A DNA stretch of 64,000 bases from Macrostomum lignano (GCA_002269645.1 NIVC01000837.1:62001-126000); one strand, 5' to 3'. Counted from the stretch's first letter, positions 10,768-24,010 are shown. Program-made: numbers and translations. The notes: generated from the letters alone by a model not told the origin.

Positions 10768-13123
10768 TGGGCCGGGCAGACAAACACTGCAGGGGGGGGG
10801 GGTGTCAAGCCAAACGGAGAAATTATACACAAATAGCCATTGGCTGAGGGCAGTATTGTCATAATGTGAAAGTCAGATGCATTTATTGCCAAACTGCTCC
10901 TATCCCCAATTAGTCATCTAATTAGGGTCTGACTCTAACCCCAAGGCATAGAGATTCCTATAATGGTTGTAGGACATTGTCACCAAAGGCAATGCACCAA
11001 GGTATTTTATTTTTATATTTATATTTATATCACTTATTGACTGATAACTAGCTGCAAATTGTGATTTATAATATGATAGCAGTATGGAATCAATATTACT
11101 TGTTTTAGTAAATTTAGTCAACAAAATGCAAGGTTAAATTAACTAAATATAAGAATGCTCTAAGTAGCCATTGCCAAAGTTTAATAATTGATTATAGAAT
11201 TTCAAACTAAATTATCATATTTTGGCCTTAGAATTTGATGGTTAATATTGAAATAACTTTTAATAGCCTGTCTTATAGAGTCATTCTATAATTTAACAAA
11301 ATAAATAGGGTAAATAAGAGGGAAAAAGAGGGAAAAAAGAAAAAAGGGCAATAGAAAAAGAAGACAAAAAAATTGCAACCAGACTATTAGAATGAAAACT
11401 AGATAGATACTGATAAACCATTTTTAATATATTGGTTTAGTAAAGGTAAAAGTTACAATTGAAGCTAAGTTTCTTTTTGTTAAAATCAGATATAAATTAG
11501 GCACCAAAGAAGTATAATTTATATTTTTATAAAATTGATCATATACCTATATAGATAAATATGAGCTAGATAGAGACAAAAATTTTAATATAGTTTATAT
11601 TTTAAAGTATAAAGTATAAATTATAAAGTATATATAATAACTATATATTTTAAGCAATTAAGAGTAATAAGACTATATATTTTCACCAATAGCCAATACA
11701 AATCATAATTCTCATTTATTTAATTGTTTTAAACATTTTAGATAAAGTATGATAGGGGCCTAGTCTTTTTTCAACTTAACTTGAAATTTTCCCTTTCAGT
11801 CTAAACTTTATTGATTAGGCCTAATAAAAATACTAAAACTAAATCTTATTGGATATTAGATATTATTTAAGATACTAGATATTAGATTTAGTATACTAGT
11901 AGGCCCCTAATCTAAAAAAATTTCCCTGCCTTAATGGCCTAATCTAGTTTTAGATAGATTAGCAAACTTTAGACTTAGGTCTAGGACTAGATATTGTAGA
12001 TAAAACCCAAAAATCTTATTGTAAGCAACTGGTGCAATTTCAGTTTAGGGGAATTCATCAAAAAAACTAAATTTGATAGATAGGCCTATTCTAAGAAAAA
12101 AGAGAGAGCGCATCTAGTAAAAAAATATATAAAACTCTGCAACTGCAAAGTGATATATAACAGCAATGTCAATGAACCAAAAGTCATAGACAACTGACAA
12201 CAACACTAACAGGCTCTAGAGTCTTATATAGGTTCATTGAAGTTAGAAGAAGAAGTTATATAGGTAGGTTTATCTAGCAATGCGAATTGCAGCAAGTTTA
12301 CTGAATCTGGCAACTAGTACTGAATAAGAGTGAACTTAGGTCGTTTTAGGATGTACATGTATGTATTTCATCCTGACCTGCCTAAATGTACAGGTCAGTA
12401 ATGCCGATAACAATATACAATACCGTGTAGATAGCAGACTTAGAGTTGACAAGGTCCAAGGCCACTTTAATTATGTCTAGAAGCATATTCACCACACAGT
12501 CCACTACCCACGTGACCTATAAACTAAGTTGTTAATTGTTTCATGGATATAGCTAATAGAAATTAGGCCTAAGCAGAGTTTTCTAGTCGTCACAGGGCGG
12601 CAGTATTTAGGGAAAAAATCAAAGTGTGCCCAATCTTGGTTCAATAAAAGCTGTGATTTCTATAGCTCTGTCTTTTGTTTTATTGGTATATGGAAGCCCC
12701 AGCTTAAATTCTGATCTTTTCAATCACTGAAATCAGTAGTAGATCACTGCATAATCATCTATCAGCCTGATAAATAAAATTTTCTTGGAAATATACATTT
12801 TTACGGTCGGTCTCGGGTTCAGCCGTCTAATCAGTTGCTCCCTGTAACGGTTACTGCAATAAAAGCATGCACAAGCAAAGATGCGATAACTGAGCAACAT
12901 CTCTACCAGCTTGCCGACACTATTAAAGCTGCAGTATCTCTAGAAAAGGCCGACCTCATGATGATCCTGGTTCCCAGTGACGGCGTCCCGCAATCTCTTG
13001 GTGCTCCCCCAGACGGTCTTCTGGTGGAGCATGTGCAGGATGACCGCACCCAGTGGCACCTTGCATTCAGCAGACCATTTAGGGCCGCTTATAATGACCG
13101 TTACGTCGCAAATGACGCCACTG

Positions 13124-13458
13124 CAGGTGTCGGCAAACTCCAACCTGCAGGCCGCATGCGCGGTCCTCGAAGCCTAAATCTATCCGGCCCTCGGATCCTT
13201 TGAAGCTTCACAATAGCAATCCGGCCAACTCAAGGTTTATGTCTCTTCTCAGCTGTCTCTCATCTCTCTTCTCTCTCTTCTCTCTGTCCCCTTCTTCTCT
13301 AATTCTCTTATATTAATCTTTTCTCTTATTCCATCTCTCGCCTCTCTCTTCTCTCATCTCATCTTCTATTCTCCTTCCTTTTCGCTCTCATCTGGCCCGC
13401 AGCCATGAGCTGTATTATTTATTTGGCCCTAGAGGTAAAAAACGTTTTCTGACACCTG
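13124..13458. mobile_element. hAT (Buster/Charlie-like) MITE, 335 bp, CT-rich interior
   Basis: TIRs CAGGTGTCGGCAAAC / GTTTTCTGACACCTG (13/15 complementary); subterminal GGCCGCATGCG and TCTGGCCCGC / TTTGGCCC motifs typical of this group; flanking 8-mers cgccactg / ctctacag match at 5/8 (decayed TSD). Confidence 0.7.
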
Positions 13459-14323
13459 CTCTACAGTGACAATGACGCTGAAGCGCTTTAAGACTCAAGA
13501 ACGCCGGTAAAACGTATTGTAAACGCTACTTTTATTCCTAGAGCCTCTTAAGACTAATATTAGTAGCTCCAAATTCTCAAATACGAGTCATTCTAAAAGC
13601 ATCCTGGATTCCTGTAGATGCTTCAGAGTCCCAGACAGTAAAACTCTTCAGAACGTCTCCTAGGCAATGCACTTTTTAGCGCATTGCACTTTGTTGGCTA
13701 ACAACACACTTTTATATTTAATTTTTCTGTACGAATTCACTCACAATTTTGTCGGGATCTCACTAGAGAGCTCTTGGGCGGGACTACACTGTCTGCCTGG
13801 AAAGAAACAAAACATCAAAAAAGAGTCCATTAGTTTTCTTGTCCAAATATCAGTGCCAATGGTCAGCTAAAGTCTTGAGACCCGAGTTCCTTTCTGAGAC
13901 TTGTGCGCTACTGCTGTTTTTCTCTCGCCGCGTTCTCAGCTGAGCTATACTGGGTCATGCATTCATCGTCCTTAGTTCTCGTCCCCAAAGCGCTCCATCT
14001 CTCGTCCTCTTCCCATTTCTACCCTGCTCAGCTTACAATTAATCCATATGTGTAGCTACATACAGCCTTTATTCTCTTCCCCACATATGCGCGGTATAAG
14101 GGCGACAGATGTACACTGTACATGTACACAGGCACCTGAGCTAATCGACAGGCAGCCTTTCTCATCTGTTTGCCGACTCCTCTCCCCTGCCCTCTCCAGC
14201 ACAGAGTAGGCTTGCTAAAAGCAGGGAAAATTTAAGAAAGCCACCAGAACAGTTGGGCGAGGAAGACCAGAGCAATCTAGTTGGACCTCCGACGGCAGAG
14301 CTCAGTTGGTCAGTCGCTCAATT

Positions 14324-17300
14324 ATGATGTCATCATCGCCAATACACCTGGACTACGAGGAGATTCTGGAGCACATTGGCAGCCTGGGCAGATATCAGCT
14401 GATGCTATTTAATCTGGTAGCCATATTCATCTGGAAATTTGCCGCCAACATGGTCCTAATCGAATTTCAAATTATTCAGCCACAATTTACCTGTCGCTCG
14501 TCGGTGCACCTGAATAGCGACGAAGATTATGTTAATGAAACAGTTCCAACTTCCATTGTAGAAGTTTTTAATCACTCAAAATTTCTCGACAGATCCAATA
14601 CTGAGCAGTGCTGGCAAAATGATGGAAATTCTACAGCAGACAAGGTGGCTTGTTCGCTCTTTGTGTACGACACCAGCGAATGGCTGCTAACCATTTCTAG
14701 CGAGGTAAAGCCCTATGCTGCACATTATCGTAACTACAATTATAACTAATAAAATACGTAAGTAATTTTTTTCCCTGACCCAACCTTCTTGACTGAAATC
14801 ATCCAGTGACCCTCCTGTGATTGAGACCTATCCTCCACTGACTGGGGATACTCACCCTCCACTGACTGGGGATACTCACCCTCCACTGACTGGGGATACC
14901 CACCCTCCACTGACTGGGGATACTCACTCTCCACTGACTGGGGATACCCACCCTCCACTGACTGGGGATACCCACCCTCCACTGACTGGGGATACTCACC
15001 CTCCACTGACTGGGGATACCCACCCTCCACTGACTGGGGATACTCACCCTCCACTGACTGGGGATACTCACCCTTACCCTCCACTGACTGGGGATACCCA
15101 CCCTCCACTGACTGGGGATACCCACCCTCCACTGACTGGGGATACCCACCCTCCACTGACTGGGGATACCCACCCTCCACTGACTGGGGATACTCACCCT
15201 CCACTGACTGGGGATACCCACCCTCCACTGACTGGGGATACTCAACCTCTATCGACTTGAATTTCACTAACAATACGCTCGTACAAGCTCACAAGAACAC
15301 GCAACATAAATTCTAAAGTAAACTCCCACACCTTGATGCTCCCTTCCCCCTGCATTCAGTGGAATCTGGTGTGCGGCCGAAGCGGCCTGCAGCCATTGGT
15401 ATTTGCCACTTACGCTCTGGGCTTTGGATTTGGTCTTGTCCTCGGCTTAATGGCCGACAAGTAAGTGGTCGCTTTTTTTAATGCTATTTTCTGCTTTTAC
15501 ACCAGACGCCAGAGAATATCGAGCGCTATTGATATTGCTATAGATTGACAACTCTCTTTGTGACTATACTCTAGTATAAACCATGGATACTAACTACTCG
15601 TAGATGTGCCACACCCCAGAATATACGCTCATTCACTCTTCTTTCAGTAGCAAAATGTTCGTTTTTTTCCTTTATATAAAAGTAATGTTTACAAAATGCT
15701 TGAAGCTTTTAAAGCTGCAACAATCACCGCCTGCTTTCTATACAAGAGGACCCATTAAATTAGCATGAAGCTGCACCCAAATCCAGTGCGAGTGCATAGC
15801 GAGCTTGAGAAGGGGTAGTGCTCCAGTCCCAGCTAGACCGATAAACCGTTTCGCTACCTCTTGCCCGCTTGTGTTTGACTTTGACCTCTCTCCTTTCTGC
15901 TCTCTGATTGGCTGAGCTAGATTGGGCCTGTCCCCTAGGCTGAGTTTCGTCCATCTTTGTGCGTTCGCTTGTGTACATCGAGTTAAATGCTATCGACTTT
16001 CCTTTCTTGAGAAAGGAAAAGAAACTTTAGCTGCCATATAAAATTTTAAGAGACACTGCGCAGACAAACTACTGAAAAAGAGTAGATGCTGGAGTTTTTT
16101 CCCACAACTTTTAGTACGAGTTGCATAACTAGTATAGTTATTCTAGTATTTGCTGTATAGGCTTAGACTAGCTACTAACAGTAGGCGACAATGTACATCT
16201 ATTAAACAAATTTCACATCAAAATGCATCTCTCAGATTCGGCCGTCGACCAGTCGTGCTGATCAGCTGCGCTGCCGAGCTGTCGCTCAGCTTAGCCGAAT
16301 GTCTCGCCCCGAATCTGCCCGTCTATCTGACGCTGCACTTCTGCCGCGGCATATTCGCCACCGTCGGCCTGTTGGCCGCCGTCTGCGTCGCCGAATTCGT
16401 CGCCTGCCGGCATCGAGCTGCCGTGGCAAACCTGCTGTGGCTGTACTGGTGCTTCGGCTACGTGTCTGTGGCTGGCTTGGCCTACTTTGTGCGGCACTGG
16501 CGCTGGCTGCAGGTGTGCGCCTGCCTGACCTGCGTCTGCTACGTGGCCAGCTACTTGTAAGCTTGGGGAGAGTGAGGCTCGCTTTGCTAACTAGAGGCTT
16601 CACAAGCTAGGGACTTCACAGAGATATCACAAGCTGGAGATTCCACAAAAGCTTTCAAACAAATTTTCCAGTCTGCTGGAGGAGTCGCCGCGCTGGCTGA
16701 TGGCCAACGGGCGCAACTCGGAGGCTCTGCGGGTTTGCCAGCGAATTGCCAAGATCAACCAGAGAAGCATTCCGACTGCTACTGTTGAGCTGATGGTGAG
16801 ATTTCAGTGGAGGATTTTCCATAGAGAAGAGGGGTTTCATGGTTTTAGGATTCCCTTTGGAAAGGTTTTAGGATTCCCCGTTGCAGTGATTTAGGATTCC
16901 TTGTGGAGCGGTTTTGGGATTTCCCGTGAGAGTGTTTCTGGGATTCCCCGTAGGAGTGTTTCTGAGATTCCCCGTAAGAGTGTTTCCGGGATTCCCCTTA
17001 GGAGTGTTACTGGGATTTCCCGTAAGAGTGTTTCCGGGATTCCCCGTTGCAGTGATTTAGGATTCCTCGTGGAGCGGTTTTGGGATTTCCCGTGAGAGTG
17101 TTTCTGGGATTCCCCGTAGGAGTGTTTCTGGGATTTCCCGTAAGAGTGTTTCCAGGATTCCCCTTAGGAGTGTTACTGGGATTTCCCTTAAGAGTGTTTC
17201 CGGGATTCCCCGTAGGAATGTTTCTGGGATACCCCGGGAGAGTGTTTCCGGGATTCCCCTTAGGAATGTTTCTGGGATTCCCCGGGAGAGTGTTTCCGGG

Positions 17301-20281
17301 ATTCAACGTAGGAGTGTTTCTGGGATTCCCCGTAGGAGTGTTTCCGGAATTCCCCGTAGGAATGTTTCTGGGATTTCCCGTAAGAGTGTTTCCGGGATTC
17401 CCCTTAGGAGTGTTACTGGGATTTCCCGTAAGAGTGTTTCCGGGATTCCCCGTAGGAATGTTTCTGGGATTCCCCGTAGGAGTGTTTCCGGAATTCCCCG
17501 TAGGAATGTTTCTGGGATTCCCCGAGAGAGTGTTTCCGAGATTCCTCTTAGGAGTGTTACTGGGATTTCCCGTAAGAGTGTTTCCGGGATTCCCCGTAGG
17601 AATGTTTCTGGGATTCCCCGGGAGAGTGTTTCCGGGATTCCCCTTAGGAATGTTTCTGGGATTTCCCGTAAGAGTGTTTCCGGGATTCCCCGTAGGAATG
17701 TTTCTGGGATTCCCCGGGAGAGTGTTTCCGGGATTCCCCTTAGGAATGTTACTGGGATTTCCCGTAAGAGTGTTTCCGGGATTTCAGTAGAAGTTCTAAG
17801 ATTCTCCACAGTGAGCTCTGGGTTCCCTCAATTAGAAGGTGCATAGTAGGATAGTAGGATTAAGTATATTAAAATGGCAACTAATGGAGCTGGAGAGTTT
17901 TCTAGATGAAAGAGAAAATTTAATGGGCAAAATATGTCGCTTCTACAGACAGCTCAGCGACCGGTGTTCCAGTCTGAGAGCCACATCAAGGAGCTTTTTA
18001 ATACGCCCGTGATGCTGCGAAAGACCCTCGTGCTGTTTCTGGCTTGGTGAGCAGGTTTAGTTGTGTCAGAATATCTAGTGTTAAGTTAAATGTAATAAGA
18101 TATAATTAAACGATAAAGATGATTAATCAACTCAATAAACGCACAGGTTCGCCATCAGCCTCACTTACTACGGCGTCTCGCTTGACTCCGGCTTTGTTGT
18201 CGCTAGCAACGCTTTTGTCAGCACAGCGCTGTCAGGCCTCATCGAGGCACCGGCCTACGTGGCTGCCTGGCTGCTGGCCGACCGGCTGGGCCGACGGGTG
18301 CCCTCAATGGCGATGTACATCGGCCTGGGCGCCTGCCTGGCATTGCTCAACCTGCCTGACCGCGGTAAGGGTTGCTATGGGGGGAGAGGGTTGCTAAAGG
18401 AAAAAAACGGTTGCTATGAAGGCGGTGGAGGGTTGCTATAGGAGGGAAGCGAGTTGCTTTGGGGAGGGGATACGGTTGCCACGAGAGGGAACAGGTTGCT
18501 ATGAAAAGGGAAAGGGTTGCTATGAGAGCGAAGAGGGTTGCTATGGTAGGGAAAGGGTTGCTATGGGAGCGAAGAGGGTTGCTATGGTAGGGAAAAGGGT
18601 TGCTATGGGAGCGGAGAGGGTTGCTATGGTAGGGAAAAGGGTTGCTATGGGAGCGGAGAGGGTTGCTATGGTAGGGAAAAGGGTTGCTATGGGAGCGGAG
18701 AGGGTTGCTATGGTAGGGAAAAGGGTTTCTATGGGAGCAGGTGTGAATCAAAATTAGAGTTGCATCAGTAGAAATTTACTCGTATGAAACATATTATATG
18801 ACTATGACGAATCCGTGCACGAAGCCTAGTTAGTATTCAATTTCTAAGAATCAGCAAACGACCCCCATTTGCAGACTCGGTAATTTACACGCTAATTGCC
18901 CTGACCGCCAAGCTGCTGGTCACCAGCGCATTCTCGGTGCTGATTCACTATACAGCGGAAATCTGCCCGACCTCTGTGCGCAACGCCGGCCTGTTCGCTT
19001 GCAGCGCCGTCGGCCGGGCCGCCTCGGTTGCCGCACCGTTCGTCGTGATGAACGGCGGCGCCGGCGTCTCCAGGCTGGCCGCCAGCGTCGGTTTCGCCTG
19101 CCTGAGCGTCGCCGCCGGCCTTGCGATCGGCGTCGGACTGCCGGAGACCCGCGGCCTGCCGCTGATGCAGAGCGTGCAGGAGGCCAACCTGGTCACGCCG
19201 TGAGGAGCTGGGGGGTCATTGCCCTCCCCTCCGTGTCTTGTGGATAGTTGGTCATTGCCCTCCCTTTCATGTCTTGTGGATAGTTGGTCATTGCCCTCCC
19301 ATGTCTTGTGGATAGTTGGTCATTGCCCTCCCCTCCGTGTCTTGTGGATAGTTGGTCATTGCCCTCCCTTCCATGGCTTGTGGATAGTTGGTCATTGCCC
19401 TCCCCTCCGTGTCTTGTGGATAGTTGGTCATTGCCCTCCCCTCCGTGTCTTGTGGATAGTTGGTCATTGCCCTCCCTTCCATGTCTTGTGGATAATTGGT
19501 CATTGCCCTCCCTTTCATGTCTTGTGGATAGTTGGTCATTGCCCTCCCTTCCATGTCTTGTGGATAGTTGGTCATTGCCCTCCCTTTCATGTCTTGTGGA
19601 TAGTTGGTAATTGTTTCCCCTTTGTGTCTTGTGGGTTTGTTTACCTAGATTTGTCATTACCCACTGTCTCCACTGGTCATTACCCACTGTCTCACATTGG
19701 TCATTACCCACTGTCTCACATTGGTCATTACCCCTCTCTCACACTAGTCATTACCCACTGTCTACACTGGTCATTACCCACTGTCTCACATTGGTCATTA
19801 CCCACTGTCTCACACTGGTCATTACCCACTGTCTCACACTGGTCATTACCCACTGTCTCACACTGGTCATTACCCACTGTCTCACACTGGTCATTACCCA
19901 CTGTCTCACACTGGTCATTACCCACTGTCTCACACTGGTCATTACCCACTATCTCACATTCCAAGATTCGAACCCATCTGCCCCAATTTCAGCGGCAGGG
20001 AGTCGCAATTTTTGGATCTGCTCAAAAAGCGTCGCGACGACATTGCCGTGTACTTTGTCGGTCAAGGCGGCTCGGCTGTTGCCATTGAAACGGCCAACGC
20101 TTCCTCATTCGGTTCCTCTCGCCCAGCCGAGTGGAGCCAGTGGAGCCAGCCGGAGCTCGAACCCGAGGAAGCGGTGAATTCGCCAGCGCCAGCCGCCGCA
20201 GCTGCCTCCGAGCCCGGCTATGATGACGACCCCGCCGTATTCTTCTCGTCGTCCAAGTATCTGATCAATCCGTTCGCGTGA
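14324..20281 (+). CDS. SLC22-family organic cation/anion transporter (MFS); join(14324..14704,15360..15460,16236..16556,16672..16795,17949..18046,18147..18364,18875..19199,19993..20281), 618 aa
   Basis: Family motifs fall in order across GT-AG junctions: DYEEILEHIGSLGRYQ, large Cys-containing loop, SEWNLVC, LMADKFGRRPV, EESPRWL, WFAISLTYYG, ADRLGRR, YTAEICPTSVRN, LPETRG. Total 1857 nt in one frame. Confidence 0.93.
14828..15246. repeat. 24-bp minisatellite (CCCTCCACTGACTGGGGATACYCA)n, SLC22 intron 1
   Basis: Direct reading. Confidence 0.95.
16866..17783. repeat. 24-bp minisatellite (TTTCTGGGATTCCCCGTAGGAGTG)n, SLC22 intron 4
   Basis: Direct reading; 8-aa period in the ORF track. Confidence 0.93.
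18368..18737. repeat. 21-bp minisatellite (core GGGTTGCTATG) with a 42-bp dimer, SLC22 intron 6
   Basis: Direct reading; begins inside the GTAAGG donor. Confidence 0.9.
19213..19607. repeat. 36-bp minisatellite (GGTCATTGCCCTCCCTTCCATGTCTTGTGGATAGTT)n, SLC22 intron 7
   Basis: Direct reading. Confidence 0.95.
19652..19960. repeat. 24-bp minisatellite (GGTCATTACCCACTGTCTCACACT)n, SLC22 intron 7
   Basis: Direct reading; shares GGTCATT(A/G)CCC with the neighbouring 36-mer. Confidence 0.95.
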
Positions 20282-20584
20282 TTGCCAGTTCAAGGACTTA
20301 GAGATTTACTTATGCTTTTGAGCGTATTGGGTGCCCAAAATAACGGATAAAAGCAGCGTTTTTTAAAATCGATTTTTGTAGAATACATCTGATTACTGTT
20401 TTCTGACGAGTATATGTTTCTAACGTCTGAATATGTATCTGCGAGTGCAAAGTTGACTACTTGTTTTAAATATTTCATAAGTAGTCTTGTAAGTACAAAT
20501 GATAAATACTGACAGCTTTTTATTTCAAAGTCAATAATAATCATTTTAAAAACTGCTTTCCAGTTTTGTATTTTACCGTTTTCA

Positions 20585-21435
20585 ATGGCTAGATTAGCAA
20601 TCCATTTGACCTATTTGATAGATTGGCTAGATTAGCAATCCATTTGACCCATTTGATACATTGGCTAGATTAGCAATCCATTTGACCTATTTGATAGATT
20701 GGCTAGATTAGCAATCCATTTGACCCATTTGATAGATTGGCTAGATTAGCAATCCATTTGACCTATTTGATAGATTGGCTAGATTAGCAATCCATTTGAC
20801 CCATTTGATACATTGGCTAGATTAGCAATCCATTTGACCTATTTGATAGATTGGCTAGATTAGCAATCCATTTGACCCATTTGATAGATTGGCTAGATTA
20901 GCAATCCATTTGACCTATTTGATAGATTGGCTAGATTAGCAATCCATTTGACCCATTTGATAGATTGGCTAGATTAGCAATCCATTTGACCCATTTGATA
21001 GATTGGCTAGATTAGCAATCCATTTGACCTATTTGATAGATTGGCTAGATTAGCAATCCATTTGACCCATTTGATAGATTGGCTAGATTAGCAATCCATT
21101 TGACCCATTTGATAGATTGGCTAGATTTGCAATCCATTTGACCTATTTGATAGATTGGCTAGATTAGCAATCCATTTGACCCATTTGATAGATTGGCTAG
21201 ATTAGCAATCCATTTGACCCATTTGATAGATTGGCTAGATTAGCAATCCATTTGACCCATTTGATAGATTGGCTAGATTAGCAATCCATTTGACCCATTT
21301 GATAGATTGGCTAGATTAGCAATCCATTTGACCTATTTGATAGATTGGCTAGATTAGCAATCCATTTGACCCATTTGATAGATTGGCTAGATTAGCAATC
21401 CATTTGACACATAGGATAGATTGGCTAGATTATCA
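20585..21435. repeat. 38-bp minisatellite (GATTGGCTAGATTAGCAATCCATTTGACCYATTTGATA)n
   Basis: Direct reading, about 22 copies. Confidence 0.97.
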
Positions 21436-21613
21436 AGCCATCTTTCATCGAATCATACTATAAAATTAAAAAAATGACATTAAAACATTTGTTTGATGAT
21501 TTTATTATAAGAATTCGATAAGCACAAGCGCATATCTCTTAAATCGATTAGAAGGATAGATACAAGTCAATCAATATCAATCAAAGTCAACAAACACATC
21601 TGCAACGATTTGT

Positions 21614-21883
21614 CTACAGAAACCTGGGCGTTGACTGCCGCATCTCCCAATAGACGGCAACGGCAGCAATCATTATAAATATTGTCGGCATTGCCAGCAG
21701 TAGCACCATCACATTGTCAGTGCTGACGTCTTGAACGGCAATTGAGCGCAGTTTCGATCTAGGCAGGACAATGTACGAGTCCGACTCTTTGTGCTCCAAT
21801 ACGTTGCGCCTGCAAGCGGCTACTTGGTCAGGGAGGAGCTGGATGAGGCAGAGCAGCAGCAGCAGAGGCTGGAATAGGGACAT
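21614..21883 (-). CDS. Candidate small type I membrane protein (signal peptide, short ectodomain, one TM helix, short tail), 89 aa
   Basis: ATG at 21883. MSLFQPLLLLLCLIQLLPDQVAA looks like a signal peptide and VMVLLLAMPTIFIMIAAVAVYW like a TM helix. It is a non-repetitive, GC-richer island in AT-rich flanks. No homolog recognised. Confidence 0.5.
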   Translation of the reverse strand: MSLFQPLLLLLCLIQLLPDQVAACRRNVLEHKESDSYIVLPRSKLRSIAVQDVSTDNVMVLLLAMPTIFIMIAAVAVYWEMRQSTPRFL

Positions 21884-22189
21884 CAGCTGTCGGCTTACTT
21901 TTACCTTCTTAGATTTTGGTACAATAACAAACAAGCTCCTTCCTTTGCAAGATGTTTAATTACAAACGCTATCTACGAGCGTATTCTATATACTACTAGA
22001 ATGTACTGAGTATTCTGGGCCATAGACTACACGGCTTTGGCATCCCCTGAGCTTTTAAAATGATAGCGTTTTACATGTTCTCGTATTTCAGGACAGCAAA
22101 CCAGAGAGATGATTCATTTTTAAAGCTTGTTTTATCTTGAAATCTTCAAAAATGTTTTCATTAATTTACATCCTCGAAAGTTAGAATCC

Positions 22190-22320
22190 TTAATTAAAGT
22201 CCTCAAAATGTCACATCCTCAAAATGTCATGTCCTCACAATCTCACATCCTCAAAATTTCAGATCCTCAAACTGTCACATCCTCACAATATCACACCCTC
22301 AAAATGTCACAAAATCACAA
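22190..22320. repeat. Degenerate ~15-bp repeat (ATCCTCAAAATGTCA-like)
   Basis: Direct reading, diverged copies. Confidence 0.6.
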
Positions 22321-23324
22321 TGTGTCTCATCATGAAAATTTCACAGACTCAAAAATTACATATCAGAAGTACAAAAGAAAATGACATATTACTATAATTT
22401 CTAGTTCGTTGTGTAGCAAAACTAAGTAGCAATCAAGTTATTGCAGTCCTAACAAGTTCGATATCTTAAAAAACGTGGACTTTTATAGAATTTTTCACGT
22501 TTCTTGAGCATAGCGCAATTGCAACTGGCTACCCTCCACACAAAGAAACTCCACAAGTTGACAAAAACAATTGCATTATAACTCGTAGAATCTTATTGTT
22601 GTCGACAGTAAAAATCGATAATAACAAGGTGTAGCTAAAATTCATATATAAACTTTTGAAAGATTAGTTAGTCAGTAGTACGCGCGCGGTTTTACCAACC
22701 GTTGGGAGACGAAGGAACTGGGGGGGGGGGGGGCCGTGGTGACAAGTCAGCGTGAGTCACACAGTGTTTTGTTGTTCCGGGCTTTTACATTATAAGCTTC
22801 TACTTATTGGGAATTGCAGAGTGAATTCCACAAAGCAAAGTTAAGTAGAGAGATTTATATGCATCTGTAAAATAGTCCCATACAGTACGATCCAAAGTTT
22901 TGCGCGGGCACTGCATGGAGAGAGGGGGGAACCAGTTGAGTCGGTGGTTTCCTCACGGAAGGGAAATAATATGCTCTTCTATGCTCAAGTAGACAGAGAG
23001 AGAGAGGGGGGAGGAGTGTATTGGGAAGCGAAATGGGGATATTTGCACAGTCTAATTCCTGTCGCTGCAAACCACGGAAAATGGGAGTTGGGGCGGCTTT
23101 TCGCAAACAACTGAGTGCTGGCGGAGGGTGACAGGAGGGAGAAACGGGACTCCAGTGAGGGGGGGGGGGCTGTTCTCTCTCCATTTTCCTTTTGCCCCAT
23201 GCTTTCCCGAATTTCCTCAACTCAACTCAATCAGGCTTGGGGGACAGGGACTCCGGTCTAGAATTCATCTACGGATTGGAAGCTAGTCAAAAAGAAAAAG
23301 GGATCGCTTCTAAAACTAACTGAA

Positions 23325-24010
23325 CATTTCACAAACTGGAGTCCTGGACACTTCACAAACAGGAAAATTCACAAACTGGACACTTCACAAACTAGACACT
23401 TCACAAACTGGACACTTCACAAACAGGAAAATTCTCAAACTGGACACTTCACAAACAGGAAAATTCTCAAACTGGACACTTCACAAACTGGACACTTCAC
23501 AAACTAGACACTTCACAAACTGGACACTTCACAAACTGGACACTTCACAAACTGGACTCTTCACAAACTGGACTCTTCACAAACTGGACACTTCACAAAC
23601 TGGACTCTTCACAAACTGGACTCTTCACAAACTGGACACTTCACAAACTGGACACTTCACAAACTGGACACTTCACAAACTGGACACTTCACAAACTGGA
23701 CACTTCACAAACTGGACACTTCACAAACTGGACACTTTACAAACTGGACAACTGGACACTTCACAAACTGGACACTTCACAAACTGGACACTTCACAAAC
23801 TGGACACTTCACAAACTGGACACTTCACAAACTGGACACTTCACAAACTGGACACTTCACAAACTGGACTCTTCACAAACTGGACTCTTCACAAACTGGA
23901 CTCTTCACAAACTGGACACTTCACAAACTGGACACTTCACAAACTGGTCACTTCACAAACTGGACACTTCACAAACTGGACACTTCACCAACTGGAAACT
24001 TCACAAACTA
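23325..24010. repeat. 16-bp minisatellite (CTTCACAAACTGGACA)n
   Basis: Direct reading. Confidence 0.95.

Noticed and set aside
12835-13203. 122-aa plus-strand ORF
   Set aside because: TTG start, no recognisable domain, and the last quarter runs through the hAT MITE terminus.
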